The position numbers and the translations under genes were made by a program. A stretch of 23,452 nucleotides of DNA from an uncultured Chthonomonadaceae bacterium (GTDB lineage Bacteria; Armatimonadota; Chthonomonadetes; Chthonomonadales; Chthonomonadaceae), in the NCBI GenBank assembly GCA_963835065.1, contig CAWIEK010000036.1, forward strand, positions 1 to 23,452, written 5' to 3'. The notes under the pieces were generated by a model. It had not been told where the DNA came from. It made no database searches and worked only from the letters and a program-made list of their open reading frames with translations. Shown here one piece after another: positions 9,107 through 18,455 of this stretch; within the stretch, counting starts at the first letter, position 1; every line of letters starts with the position of its first letter.

Positions 9107-9225
9107 ATGGCCGCTCCCTTATTCAACGAGACAAAATCAAGCGAACACAGGACAGAAGCAGGAGCGAATTACCGCAGGTATGAACTCCTTCATAAAGAAG
9201 GTGAATTCGGATGGTCTGTGGTTCT
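9107..9225 (+). pseudogene. Truncated HEPN paralog
   Basis: 'MAAPLFNETKSSEHRTEAGANYRRYELLHKEGEFGWSVV' matches 'MPAPKTTDREALEHIAEAHANYRRYERFLNNSEEVSWAVV'. Similarity is lost afterwards, and the ORF runs into the opposite-strand pentapeptide gene. Confidence 0.75.
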
Positions 9226-9261
9226 CTATAACCTCGCGCCAAGTAAGTCAATACCCACATT

Positions 9262-9756
9262 CTATTCTTCACTAACCAAAATCATCCCATGCGCAATTGG
9301 GTCGAAGCCAGGCGGCCACTGAGTTCGATGATTGTAATAGGCTCCTGCCAACTTTGCTGACTCTAAATTTCGACAGTTGCAATTTGCGCCTTCCAAATGC
9401 GCTCCAGATAGCCGTGTCCGCGCAACATCTGCATCCGTGAGGTCCGCCTCGCATAAATCTGCCCCATCTAAAACTGCGCTATGAAGGACAGCCTTGTACA
9501 TTCTTGTCCGTCTTAACCATGCATTGCTCATGTCAGCAACTGTTAAGTAAGCCTCACTTAAATCGGCATCGGTCAAATCTGCCTCATACATGAAGCTGCC
9601 GTACATGTTCGCCCGCTTGAACGAGGCGTGTCGTAGATTTGCCTTCTCGAGAACTGCCCGATGCATGTATTCATCATCAAGGACAACTCCTTCTAAAGTA
9701 TCTGCGTCAACCTCGACGAAGTACACAGGGCTGTCAATACACTCTATGCGGATCAT
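9262..9756 (-). CDS. Pentapeptide repeat protein
   Basis: A(D/N)Lxx repeats and the C-terminal cap 'AYYNHRTQWPPGFDP'. Confidence 0.9.
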   Translation of the reverse strand: MIRIECIDSPVYFVEVDADTLEGVVLDDEYMHRAVLEKANLRHASFKRANMYGSFMYEADLTDADLSEAYLTVADMSNAWLRRTRMYKAVLHSAVLDGADLCEADLTDADVARTRLSGAHLEGANCNCRNLESAKLAGAYYNHRTQWPPGFDPIAHGMILVSEE

Positions 9757-10028
9757 GTCTCTCCGGTGTGCCGATCACGGGAACTTCAGCGTTATTATGG
9801 ATCACTATAGTAGTATAAATTCTTCATGCGTGTTCTCGGCAAACTTCGCATAAAAACTAAAACAGAAGAACGAATCACAATTGCGAAAGTTGCGCAGATG
9901 CAAACATTTTCGCAAGGGGCTGAACCTTCCGACAGGCAACTGTAACAAAAGAGCAACACTCTACTATACCTGTCGCCGCGCCCGAATACTTGGCGTGGCG
10001 GCGTACCCCTTATCGGAGGTTGCTTTTT

Positions 10029-12128
10029 ATGAACGCCAAACGCGCCGCCTGTGCCGCTCTTGCCCTGTCCGCCACCCTGCCCCTGCTGACCGCTTGCAGC
10101 CGGAGTACCGAGGAAGTTGGCAGTACCGCTCAGGCAACAACGCCTGCGCCGCTTTCATTCACTCATGTTACTCCTGATGCTGCCGCAAACACAGGCGGCG
10201 AGGCGGCCAAGTTGCCACAAACGGCGCGGGCCGGGATTGAAATGGAAAAATCCACAATCGGTTCTGATAAGGAGGAGAAAGCGGCGCAGCCTTTATCCGA
10301 AGCCCAAAGCGCCGCGCGCAGAAAGAACGCGCAAGCCGGTTCCACCACGAAAGATACGAGTTCCGCGCCGTCCGACAGCATGGCGGCTTCCTCCGTTATG
10401 GGCGCGCAGCGTATGCGCGCGACAGCAAACCATTACGCCAAAATGCCCGGAGTTGGCGCTCAGGCGCAAGTCCATGCCCGGTTCAGCGCTCCGGCCACGC
10501 TGAACCGCCCCAGTGCGGCAAGCGCGATGGCGACGCCGAAGCCACAGGCCGTGTACAATCCCAATATGTACGTGGCGGATACCTACATCGGCGGCAACGG
10601 CGAAAAAGACCGGCTGGAAAAACTCATTCAGGCGGGCGTTCTCGTGGATGGACAGCGCGTGAAACTGGAAGCGTTCACCCACGATTACGCGCAGGCGTTC
10701 CCTATCCCGCAGCAAACTGCCCTGAGCGTTGCCGCTGACGGGGTGCAAAGCAAAATCATTCAATCGGGCGCGCATACCTATCTGCAAATCGGCTTGCAGG
10801 CGACCAAGGGAGAACTGCCGCGCCGCCCGCCGCTCAATCTCGCGCTTGTCATTGACCGCAGCGGGTCTATGGCCGACGAACACAAGCTGGAATACGCCAA
10901 AGCCGCGGCCACTCAGCTTGTCAACAGCCTCACGCCCGCCGACACGTTTACGCTTGTCGCGTTCGACGATACGGCCAACCTGCTCGTGCCCGCGCAGCAT
11001 GTCGCCAACAAAGCCCATATCCGCAATCTGATTGCCGGCCTTTCCCCCGGCGGCGGCACGAACATCTATGACGGCCTGAGCAAAGCCTACAGTCAGGTGA
11101 ATAAAAACGCCCTGTTGGATGGCATCAACCGCGTGATTTTGCTATCCGATGGGCAGGTGACAGCCGGGGTACAGGACCGGGAGCAGTTTCACCATCTGGC
11201 CGCTTTAGAAGCGGACCGGGACGTGCAGACAAGCGCGGTGGGCGTGGGCGTGGAGTTCAACGAGGATTTGATGCTGTCCCTGGCCCGCGACGGCAAAGGC
11301 AATTACCATTTTCTCAAGGACGGCGCGGACACGCAGCAGGTTTTTGCCCGCGAACTCAACGAACTGACGCATGTTGTCGCCAAAAACGTGAAACTGCGCA
11401 TACAGCTTGCGCCGGGCGTGGGCCTCATTCGCGTTTTGGGCGCGCAGACGCTGGACGCGCAGCAGACCGCGCAGGTGAAGCAGGAAGAAAAGAAGATTGA
11501 TCTGAAAGTATCTGAAGAACTGGGTATCGCGCCCAATCGCCAGAACGCGCCCGAAGAGCCGGGCATTAAAATGCTCATTCCCGCCATCTACCGGGGCGAC
11601 AGCCACATCGTGATGCTCGAAATCAAAGCGCCCGCGCAGCCACAAACTGCCGCCAATCCGCAAAACACTGCCAAAGACACGAGTATGGTTACGCCTGCGG
11701 GCGTTTGCAAACTGGCCGATGTGTTCGTGAAGTACAAGGATCTGGTACATCCGGCCAACCGCGAAGCGCGGGCGACGGCAACCGTCGCGTACACGCCGAG
11801 CAAGGACGAAATGATCTATTCCGTCAATCGCGGCGTGAAGAAAAACCTGTTAGGATTTCAAACCGGCGAAGCGCTGACGCAGGCCGCGCAAGCCATCGAG
11901 CAGGGGCGCGTGTCCGAGGCGATTCAGAAGGTGGAGGAACGCCGCAACGTGGTCAGCATCGCCGCGCAGCAGTGGCAGGACGGCGATCTGGCGCGCGACG
12001 GCAAGCTGCTGGAGCGCTACAAGGCCGTGCTTTCCCAACTCAGCGTTCATCAGCAGCTTGCGCAGGGCGATTTCGGCCAATATCTGCGCCGCTCCCTCGC
12101 CTACAACGGCTACAAAATGACGCGCTGA
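10029..12128 (+). CDS. Lipoprotein with a von Willebrand factor A domain (YfbK-like)
   Basis: RBS GGAGG, signal peptide with lipobox 'LTAC', MIDAS 'DRSGS', 'GGGTN', 'LLSDG'. Confidence 0.9.
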   Translation: MNAKRAACAALALSATLPLLTACSRSTEEVGSTAQATTPAPLSFTHVTPDAAANTGGEAAKLPQTARAGIEMEKSTIGSDKEEKAAQPLSEAQSAARRKNAQAGSTTKDTSSAPSDSMAASSVMGAQRMRATANHYAKMPGVGAQAQVHARFSAPATLNRPSAASAMATPKPQAVYNPNMYVADTYIGGNGEKDRLEKLIQAGVLVDGQRVKLEAFTHDYAQAFPIPQQTALSVAADGVQSKIIQSGAHTYLQIGLQATKGELPRRPPLNLALVIDRSGSMADEHKLEYAKAAATQLVNSLTPADTFTLVAFDDTANLLVPAQHVANKAHIRNLIAGLSPGGGTNIYDGLSKAYSQVNKNALLDGINRVILLSDGQVTAGVQDREQFHHLAALEADRDVQTSAVGVGVEFNEDLMLSLARDGKGNYHFLKDGADTQQVFARELNELTHVVAKNVKLRIQLAPGVGLIRVLGAQTLDAQQTAQVKQEEKKIDLKVSEELGIAPNRQNAPEEPGIKMLIPAIYRGDSHIVMLEIKAPAQPQTAANPQNTAKDTSMVTPAGVCKLADVFVKYKDLVHPANREARATATVAYTPSKDEMIYSVNRGVKKNLLGFQTGEALTQAAQAIEQGRVSEAIQKVEERRNVVSIAAQQWQDGDLARDGKLLERYKAVLSQLSVHQQLAQGDFGQYLRRSLAYNGYKMTR

Positions 12129-12157
12129 ACCCGGTTTCCTTCAGGAGTTTGCCATAT

Positions 12158-12196
12158 AAAGCGGCTTTGACAGGGGTTCGCGTCAAAGCCGCTTTT
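12158..12196. terminator. Probable bidirectional intrinsic terminator
   Basis: Perfect 14-bp IR AAAGCGGCTTTGAC-N10-GTCAAAGCCGCTTT between convergent genes. It overlaps the toxin stop codon. Confidence 0.7.
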
Positions 12197-12467
12197 CACG
12201 TTCACGCCGCTTAAGATTGCGGTAAACTTCATCGTCGTTGCGCTTGCCGATGATTTCTATCCAGACGGTTTCTTCATCAAACCAGTACACGATCCGAAAC
12301 TCGCCGATGTCTGTACGATAAAGGTCATAGCCCTTCATCTCAATGCTGTCGTGTGGCTGCGGTTCGTTCATCAGGGCAAGGGTTTTGCGTATCACCTGCC
12401 GATACTGTTTCGCGTCCAGGCCGTCTGCGAACTTGAAGGCGTCTTTAGACATATCCAGTTTGCGCAT
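12183..12467 (-). CDS. RelE/ParE-family toxin
   Basis: 94 aa from MRKLD, with 'PQPHDS..MKG..LYRTDIGEFRIVY' and 'IGKRNDDEVY'. It lies downstream of the antitoxin. Confidence 0.9.
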   Translation of the reverse strand: MRKLDMSKDAFKFADGLDAKQYRQVIRKTLALMNEPQPHDSIEMKGYDLYRTDIGEFRIVYWFDEETVWIEIIGKRNDDEVYRNLKRREREKRL

Positions 12468-12475
12468 CGCGTTTG

Positions 12476-12727
12476 CTACGCCTCCGCCAGTCGCGCTTCG
12501 ATAGCCGCCATCAACGCCTCGGAGCCGACGTAACCGCTTTTGCGCCCTTCCGCCGCTTTCTGCGCCCAATGCGCGTTCTCAATGGCCTGAAGCCGCTCGT
12601 ATTCGCTTTGCGAAAGCAGCACGGCATGTTTTCGCCCGTTCTTTTCGATAGAAACCGGCTCTTGTTGCGCTTTATCCACATACTCTCCGAAATGGTTTTT
12701 GACTTCAGTTGCGGTGGCTACGGTCAT
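12476..12727 (-). CDS. Phd/YefM-family antitoxin
   Basis: 'ATEVKNHFGEYVDKAQQEPVSIEKNGRKHAVLLSQSEYERL'. Confidence 0.92.
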   Translation of the reverse strand: MTVATATEVKNHFGEYVDKAQQEPVSIEKNGRKHAVLLSQSEYERLQAIENAHWAQKAAEGRKSGYVGSEALMAAIEARLAEA

Positions 12728-12848
12728 AAAAATTCTCCCTTTTGTAATTTTACAATGTCCATTATAGCCCGAATAGCCAAAATTTTCAAGTTACTATCCT
12801 GCAAGGTGAAATGACCCTGAAATTGCTTATTTTACACGATGCTTTGTA

Positions 12849-12877
12849 TTGACGGGGTTCGGCTGTAGTGCTATACT
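12849..12877 (+). promoter_or_regulatory. Near-consensus sigma70 promoter upstream of the ankyrin genes
   Basis: TTGACG-N17-TATACT with extended TG. Confidence 0.65.
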
Positions 12878-13090
12878 GTAGCCGGACGCCGTTGTCCATT
12901 ACGGCCCCGGCTTGTCCCCCACAGCCCCGGCTTTGTCCGTCAGGCGCGTTTCCCCTCCCTGCCGCCTGCGCGTCACGTTTTTCCTGCCTGAAGTCCGCTG
13001 CGCGTCAGGCGCGCAGGGTTTTCATGCTGTCATTATTTATGGCAGGAACCCTGAACTACAGGCGACGCTTTGTTTTGGGAGGGTGCGGCC

Positions 13091-14996
13091 ATGTCCTCGA
13101 AACGTTCTCAACGCCTTGCGTTTGCTGTATTTGTGGCTGTTGCGCTGTGCATCATCGGGCGCAACCTGTACAAGCGGTACATGAACGCGCAATTGTTCCG
13201 CGCCATTGCCAGCCACGATGTAGACGAGGCGCGTTCGCTCTTGAACAGGGGCGCGGATGTAAACGCGACTCAAGACACAACGCCCGCTCTGCTGGAAGCC
13301 ATGAGCCAGTTGACCCCACCCAGCATGATATTGACGCTGAGTATACCGGGGCAGGTTCTGACGCCGCCCTCACAGGACATTCCTGCTGATGCCGAAGCGG
13401 TTGCCTGCCTGCTGATTGAACGCCACGCCGATTTGCGAATGCCGCGCATCAGTGTTGCCGTCGGCGAGCAGCCAAAAGTCAGCGGTTATGATGACGCGGG
13501 GTATGTCGAGGAAGCCTGCCGGCATGGCAGTATTCCCGTGCTGCGCTGCCTGCTGAACAGGGGCGTGGCTCTCACCCCGCGCTGCCTGGATGCCGCGCTG
13601 CAATATGTCAGCCTGGCTTCCTCCGGTTCAACGACATTCAGCGGTTCAGGAACGGCGCAAGTTGAATCGGCGGCTGCGAAAGCGGAGAAAGCAAAGCAGG
13701 CATTGAGGCTGGCGCAGCAAAAAGAAGTCATTCGGCAGATGGCGCAATTGCTGCGCGAACACGGCCTGCGTCCCACACTTGCGCAGTGCGTGGAACTCAA
13801 CGACGTGACGGCCCTGAAAGCGGCGCTGGATGCGGGAATCTCACCCGAACCGCAGAGCAGCAACACCGAACCGACCTTAATCACGGCTGTACGCAAGGGC
13901 AACCTGGAAATGGTGACTTTATTGCTGGCGCATGGAGCCGACGCCAACTCTCATACCGGGTATGGGGATTCAGCCTTGAACGTTGCCGTCGCGCAGGGCA
14001 ATTTAGAAGTGGTGAAGCTGCTGCTGGCGCATGGAGCCGATGTGAAGGGCGGCAAAACCTCAACCGCGCTGGAACACGCGATGTGGGGCAAGCATCTTGC
14101 CATTGCGCGCCTGCTGTTGGCGAAGGGCGCCGATCCCAATTTCACGTTCGGGTCGGCGGCGTACTCCGCGCTTCCCGAAGCCATCCTGTCCCTGCCCGAA
14201 ATTGTACCGGAATTGCTGCAGCATGGCGTGAACTTAAACGCGGGGAATGGAGCGGTTCTGCGCGCGGCCCTGCGCACTCGCCGCATTGCCCTGGTGCAGG
14301 AACTGCTGCGGCGCGGCGTCAACGTGAATCCTCTGCCCCCGCCCGCCACCCCGACAACGGCTGCGGGAGGAAGCCTGGCAGCTCCGTCTGCGACAACTCC
14401 GGCACAAGGCATTACGGATGCGCCCGACCCCAACTCATCCCGGACAAAGGATTCCGCAGCCGTTTTCGCCCCTGCTGAACGCCACGTTTTATGCCCCCGA
14501 AGCCGAACTCCTGCTGCTGAAAGCGGGCGCGAACATCGGCACGGACAAAACCACCGTTCTGGCGGCATTGGCAAAATGCGGACGGGCAGACTTGTTCGCC
14601 CGAACGCTGGAATTGGGAGCCGATGTCAACGGCGTGGATGGCGATGGGGAAACCGCTTTGACGCGGGCGGTGAAGTTGGCCCCGGAAGGCGTTTCCGTTT
14701 TGCTGGCGCATGGCGCGAACCCCAATTTCGTAACCAGAACCCAGCGCGCGCCTCTCGACCTTGCCGCAAGCGTGGGAAACGTGGACTGCGCGCGCCTGCT
14801 GCTGGCGCATGGCGCAAACATAAATTTATGCCCGCCACACGGCCATACTCCCCTGTATTGGGCGCGCAAGCACAACGCGGATCATGTGGTACAGGCGGTG
14901 GATAAAAACCTCCAATCTATCACGGCGGTTGTGCATGGAGGCGGCAACGCGGAAATGATTACGCTGCTGGAGCAGGCAGGCGCAAAAGCGGAGTAG
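13091..14996 (+). CDS. Membrane-anchored ankyrin repeat protein, paralog 1 (1-nt frameshift at ~14330-14460)
   Basis: N-terminal hydrophobic segment and ankyrin repeats. The 14418-14996 frame supplies the C-terminus that is collinear with paralog 2 ('SPLL.A...APE', 'LLEQAGAKA'). Confidence 0.85.
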
Positions 14997-15008
14997 GAGA
15001 AATTAGTT

Positions 15009-16844
15009 ATGCCGCAGTCCCGTACCAATCGCGCTAGTTCCAAATCTTCCAATTACAATCGTTCCAAAGCCGCGCGTTTAGGCCGTGCCGCATTTCTTGT
15101 GTTTGTTGCGGTCGCGTTGTTTGTGATGGGGCGCAATGCGTACCGCCGCCATTTGAATGCCGCTCTGGGCGTGGCGGTGGATAAGGGGAGGCTGGCAGAC
15201 GCGCGTTCGCTGCTGGACAGGGGCGCGGAAGTGGACGCGCCGCAGAATACAACGCCCCTGCTATGGCTGGCGCTGACGCGGATAGCCTCTGTACCTGCCG
15301 CTGCGCCGGGTGGACTGCAATCCGCCCCTTCTAATTATCCCGATGCGGAAGCGATTGCCTGCCTGCTGATTGCAAAGCAGGCCGATTTACGCCTGCCGCG
15401 CTTTTTGTACCGCAACGGGCAGCAAACCATTACCGCGTATGAAGCCGACGGGTATATCAAGGAAGCGTGTCGGCTTGGCAGCCTACCTGTCCTGCGCTGC
15501 CTGCTGGACAAGGGCGTGGTTCCCAACTCGGATTGTATCGAGGCCGCCTTGCAGTTTCAAAATGAGTCGTATCAGGGCGGTGGCCTGAGCGATCTTACCG
15601 AAACGGACAGAAGCGGCAAAGTGAACGCGGCGGCTGTGGCCGAAAACATCCGCAGACGCAATCGGCGCAAGGAAATTATCGGGCAGATGGCGCAGATGCT
15701 GCGCGAACATGGGGCTGTGCCCACCCTCGCGCAGTGCGTTACATTAGGCGACATTGCGGCAATCAAAACGAAACTGGACGCTGCATCCCCGCAGGCCGCA
15801 GCGAATATGGCATCCTCGCTGTTACCCTCGGCGGTAGGCATGGACAACCGGGCGCTGGTCAATCTGCTGCTGGAACATGGCGCGGATGTTAATTATTATA
15901 GCCAGAACAGCAGTGCGGCGCTTGGTGTGGCAGTCCAAAATGGTAATTTGGAAATGGTCAATCTGCTGCTGGCGCGTGGCGCAAAGGTAAACGTGAAAGG
16001 CGTTCCCCTCCTGCAGCCGGCTCTGTACAGTAAGCGGCCCGAAATCGCGCGCCTGCTGCTGGCGCGGGGAGCCGATCCCAATCAACATTCCGATAGATAT
16101 TCAGGATCCATTTTGGAGATAGCAATCTACAACATGCCTCAAGTGATCCCGGACATACTGCGGCATGACGCAAACGTCCGGGCCGACAACGGAGCATCCC
16201 TGCGCGCCGTCCTGAACAGTTCGCGCCTTTCCAAAAGCCAGCGCATGATGCTGATAAAGGAACTGCTGCAGCGCGGCGCGAACGTCAATCCGCCAATAGT
16301 CTCCGAGCGGACGGCGTTAGCGATAAGCGCGTCCGGTGTTGTTCTGCCGCCGCAACAGCCGATGGCCGTGTCGTCTCCCCTGCTGGTGGCCGCGTGTTGC
16401 GCCCCGGAATGTATGGACATACTGCGCCGCGCCGGGGCGAAAATCGGGACGGAAAAGCGAACCATTCTGGCAACGGCCGCGAAGGCCGGACGCGCCGACC
16501 TGTTTACGCGCCTGCTGGACATGGGAGCCGACATCAACGGCAAGGATGAGAACGGCGAAACTGCGCTGACGCAGGCGATTATGCATGTGCCTGCCGGTGT
16601 GCCGTTTCTAATTGAGCGCGGCGCAAACGTCAACATCATACCGCGCTCACAGCACACGCCCCTAATGGTTGCGGTCACAGCGGGAAACGTCGGCATCGCG
16701 CGCCTGCTGCTGGCTCATGGCGCGGACGTGAATTTGCGCGGGGAACGGGGACACACGCCCCTCTATCTGGCGCAAAAGCACCGCCCGCCGGAACCGGAAA
16801 TGGTCACTTTGCTGGAACAGGCGGGGGCAAAGGCGGACGAGTAG
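15009..16844 (+). CDS. Membrane-anchored ankyrin repeat protein, paralog 2
   Basis: 611 aa. RBS AGGAGA, TM segment 'AAFLVFVAVALFVMG', and repeats such as 'GNLEMVNLLLARGA' and 'TPLMVAVTAGN'. Confidence 0.92.
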   Translation: MPQSRTNRASSKSSNYNRSKAARLGRAAFLVFVAVALFVMGRNAYRRHLNAALGVAVDKGRLADARSLLDRGAEVDAPQNTTPLLWLALTRIASVPAAAPGGLQSAPSNYPDAEAIACLLIAKQADLRLPRFLYRNGQQTITAYEADGYIKEACRLGSLPVLRCLLDKGVVPNSDCIEAALQFQNESYQGGGLSDLTETDRSGKVNAAAVAENIRRRNRRKEIIGQMAQMLREHGAVPTLAQCVTLGDIAAIKTKLDAASPQAAANMASSLLPSAVGMDNRALVNLLLEHGADVNYYSQNSSAALGVAVQNGNLEMVNLLLARGAKVNVKGVPLLQPALYSKRPEIARLLLARGADPNQHSDRYSGSILEIAIYNMPQVIPDILRHDANVRADNGASLRAVLNSSRLSKSQRMMLIKELLQRGANVNPPIVSERTALAISASGVVLPPQQPMAVSSPLLVAACCAPECMDILRRAGAKIGTEKRTILATAAKAGRADLFTRLLDMGADINGKDENGETALTQAIMHVPAGVPFLIERGANVNIIPRSQHTPLMVAVTAGNVGIARLLLAHGADVNLRGERGHTPLYLAQKHRPPEPEMVTLLEQAGAKADE

Positions 16845-16878
16845 AGGAAGAAAAGAAAGAGGAGACATGGGGAACAGG

Positions 16879-17065
16879 GAATTAGACGCAATACCGTTCA
16901 AATAAGGCGGTTTTTACCTGAAAACAAATTCGTAGGGACACAACATGTTGTGTCCGCGCCCTTATCTATAGGAAGAGGACACAACAGGAAGAGGACACAA
17001 CAGGAAGAGGACACAACATGTTGTGTCCCTACGAACGCTCATTTGAACGGTATTGGAATTAGATG
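16879..17065. mobile_element. MITE-like element containing a REP doublet
   Basis: 15-bp perfect TIR CAATACCGTTCAAAT (16889-16903 / 17041-17055). Flanking direct repeats GAATTAGACG / GAATTAGATG. Internal 27-bp perfect IR (16929-16955 / 17009-17035). Three copies of AGGAAGAGGACACAAC (16970-17017). Confidence 0.85.
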
Positions 17066-17736
17066 CCCTTAGTGATTAGTTCTTCGTCGGCGAGAAGTTC
17101 GGAAAGGGTTCGGGGGCGTTTGGGCAGGGCATCTATGGCTTCGGCCATGTCCGCGAGCAGGTCATTGAGGCGTTTGATGGCGCGCATGTCGCCCTGCGCG
17201 CCCGCGCGCCGCCATTCCAGTTCGCCGCGCCGGACGTAGATTTCTATGTCGGAATAGCGGCTGAGTTCGCGCCGCGCTTCCCGCGTCAGCACGAGGGGCA
17301 GATTTTGCGCGTCGTTGCACACGACGAAAAACTGCCGCGTAAAATCCGCGTCTTCCAGATCGAAGGCGGGACGGTCACGGCGGGTCTGCGCTTCTTCCAG
17401 CAGGCTTTTGCGCCGAACGCCCAGAATGAAACTGGCCGGGTTGCGAATTGGAAACGCGCCCCGCGTGTGGTAGTACGGCGCGTCGTCGTCATGGCTGATG
17501 GCGGTTTCCAGCACATAAGGCCGTTCGCGCAGCGTGCCGATGACGCGCTCCGGCGACAGCGAATTGCGGGCCTTGAACTCGCCGTCCAAATCCCGCGCCA
17601 ATTTCTGCCACGCCCGCACCACGCCCCGCCGCCCGCGCAGCCACAACCCCGCCGCCAGTCCCACCATCACGCCCACAATCAGCGCAATGCAGAACCAGAG
17701 CAGACTCGCGTTTGTCGGCTGAATTCCTGCTGCCAT
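17059..17736 (-). CDS. Hypothetical single-pass membrane protein
   Basis: 225 aa. N-terminal TM helix followed by 'RAWQKLARDL'. RBS GAGG. Co-oriented with gpmA. Confidence 0.75.
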   Translation of the reverse strand: MAAGIQPTNASLLWFCIALIVGVMVGLAAGLWLRGRRGVVRAWQKLARDLDGEFKARNSLSPERVIGTLRERPYVLETAISHDDDAPYYHTRGAFPIRNPASFILGVRRKSLLEEAQTRRDRPAFDLEDADFTRQFFVVCNDAQNLPLVLTREARRELSRYSDIEIYVRRGELEWRRAGAQGDMRAIKRLNDLLADMAEAIDALPKRPRTLSELLADEELITKGI

Positions 17737-17751
17737 AAACCCTCATTGAAG

Positions 17752-17831
17752 AAATGATGAATGATGAGTGATGAATGATGAACAAAATGCGAAATCCCAA
17801 TTCATCACTCATCACTCATCATTCATCATTT
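17752..17831. repeat. Inverted heptamer arrays (TGATGAR)x4 / (YTCATCA)x4 forming a 31-bp stem
   Basis: 17752-17782 versus 17801-17831, one mismatch, 18-nt loop. Confidence 0.9.
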
Positions 17832-17833
17832 GC

Positions 17834-18445
17834 CTAAAGCTCCGCTTTGTTAATCGCATTGCCCTGCGAGTCGAAATCGTAGACGATAGGAACGCCGTTG
17901 GGGATGTTGAGTTCCACGACTTGCTGCTCGCTCAGATTGTCCAGCTTCATGACGATAGCGCGCAGGCTGTTGCCGTGCGCGGAAATCAGAATGTTATGCC
18001 CGGACGTGAGTTCAGGCAGGATTTTACTGTCAAAATACGGCATGGTGCGCTGGGCCGTATCTTCGAGGCTTTCGCCGCCCGGCGGCTGCGTAGAATAGCT
18101 GCGCCGCCAGAGCTTCACCTGGTCTTCGCCGAACTTTTCCGCCGTTTCCGCCTTGTTCAAGCCCTGCAGGTCGCCATAGTGCCGCTCATTGAGCGCCTGG
18201 TCGTATTCGATGGGAATCCCCTCCTGCCCCGCCGAACGCAGGCAGATGGTGAGGGTTTCAATGGCGCGTTTCAGCACGGACGTATAGGCTTTGTCCAGAT
18301 GGATGCCGGCCATTTTGATTTTCTCGCCCGATTGTGCGGCTTCGGCTTCGCCCTGCGGCGTCAATTCCACATCCACCCACCCGGTAAACCGATTTTCCAA
18401 ATTCCACGTAGACTGCCCGTGCCGCAGTAAGATTAGTTTTGACAT
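17834..18445 (-). CDS. gpmA: 2,3-bisphosphoglycerate-dependent phosphoglycerate mutase
   Basis: 'LLRHGQSTWNLENRFTGWVDV', 'LNERHYGDLQGLNK', 'AHGNSLRA'. Confidence 0.96.
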   Translation of the reverse strand: MSKLILLRHGQSTWNLENRFTGWVDVELTPQGEAEAAQSGEKIKMAGIHLDKAYTSVLKRAIETLTICLRSAGQEGIPIEYDQALNERHYGDLQGLNKAETAEKFGEDQVKLWRRSYSTQPPGGESLEDTAQRTMPYFDSKILPELTSGHNILISAHGNSLRAIVMKLDNLSEQQVVELNIPNGVPIVYDFDSQGNAINKAEL

Positions 18446-18455
18446 GAAAGTTCCT

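Noticed and set aside
9259..9273. 'FYSSL' in the 9107 ORF as a continuation of HEPN 'FYSAV'
   Set aside because: It is offset by ~10 residues and is the antisense of the pentapeptide gene's last codons, so it is probably coincidental.
12868..13389. 173-aa ORF
   Set aside because: It starts inside the predicted promoter, overlaps the ankyrin gene out of frame, and has no recognisable motifs.
14328..14460. Programmed frameshift or phase variation in ankyrin paralog 1
   Set aside because: Only C4-C5 runs are present, with no canonical slippery heptamer. An error or ordinary mutation is simpler.
16970..17017. Three 16-bp repeats as a mini-CRISPR
   Set aside because: The copies are directly tandem with no spacers and are explained by the REP/MITE element.
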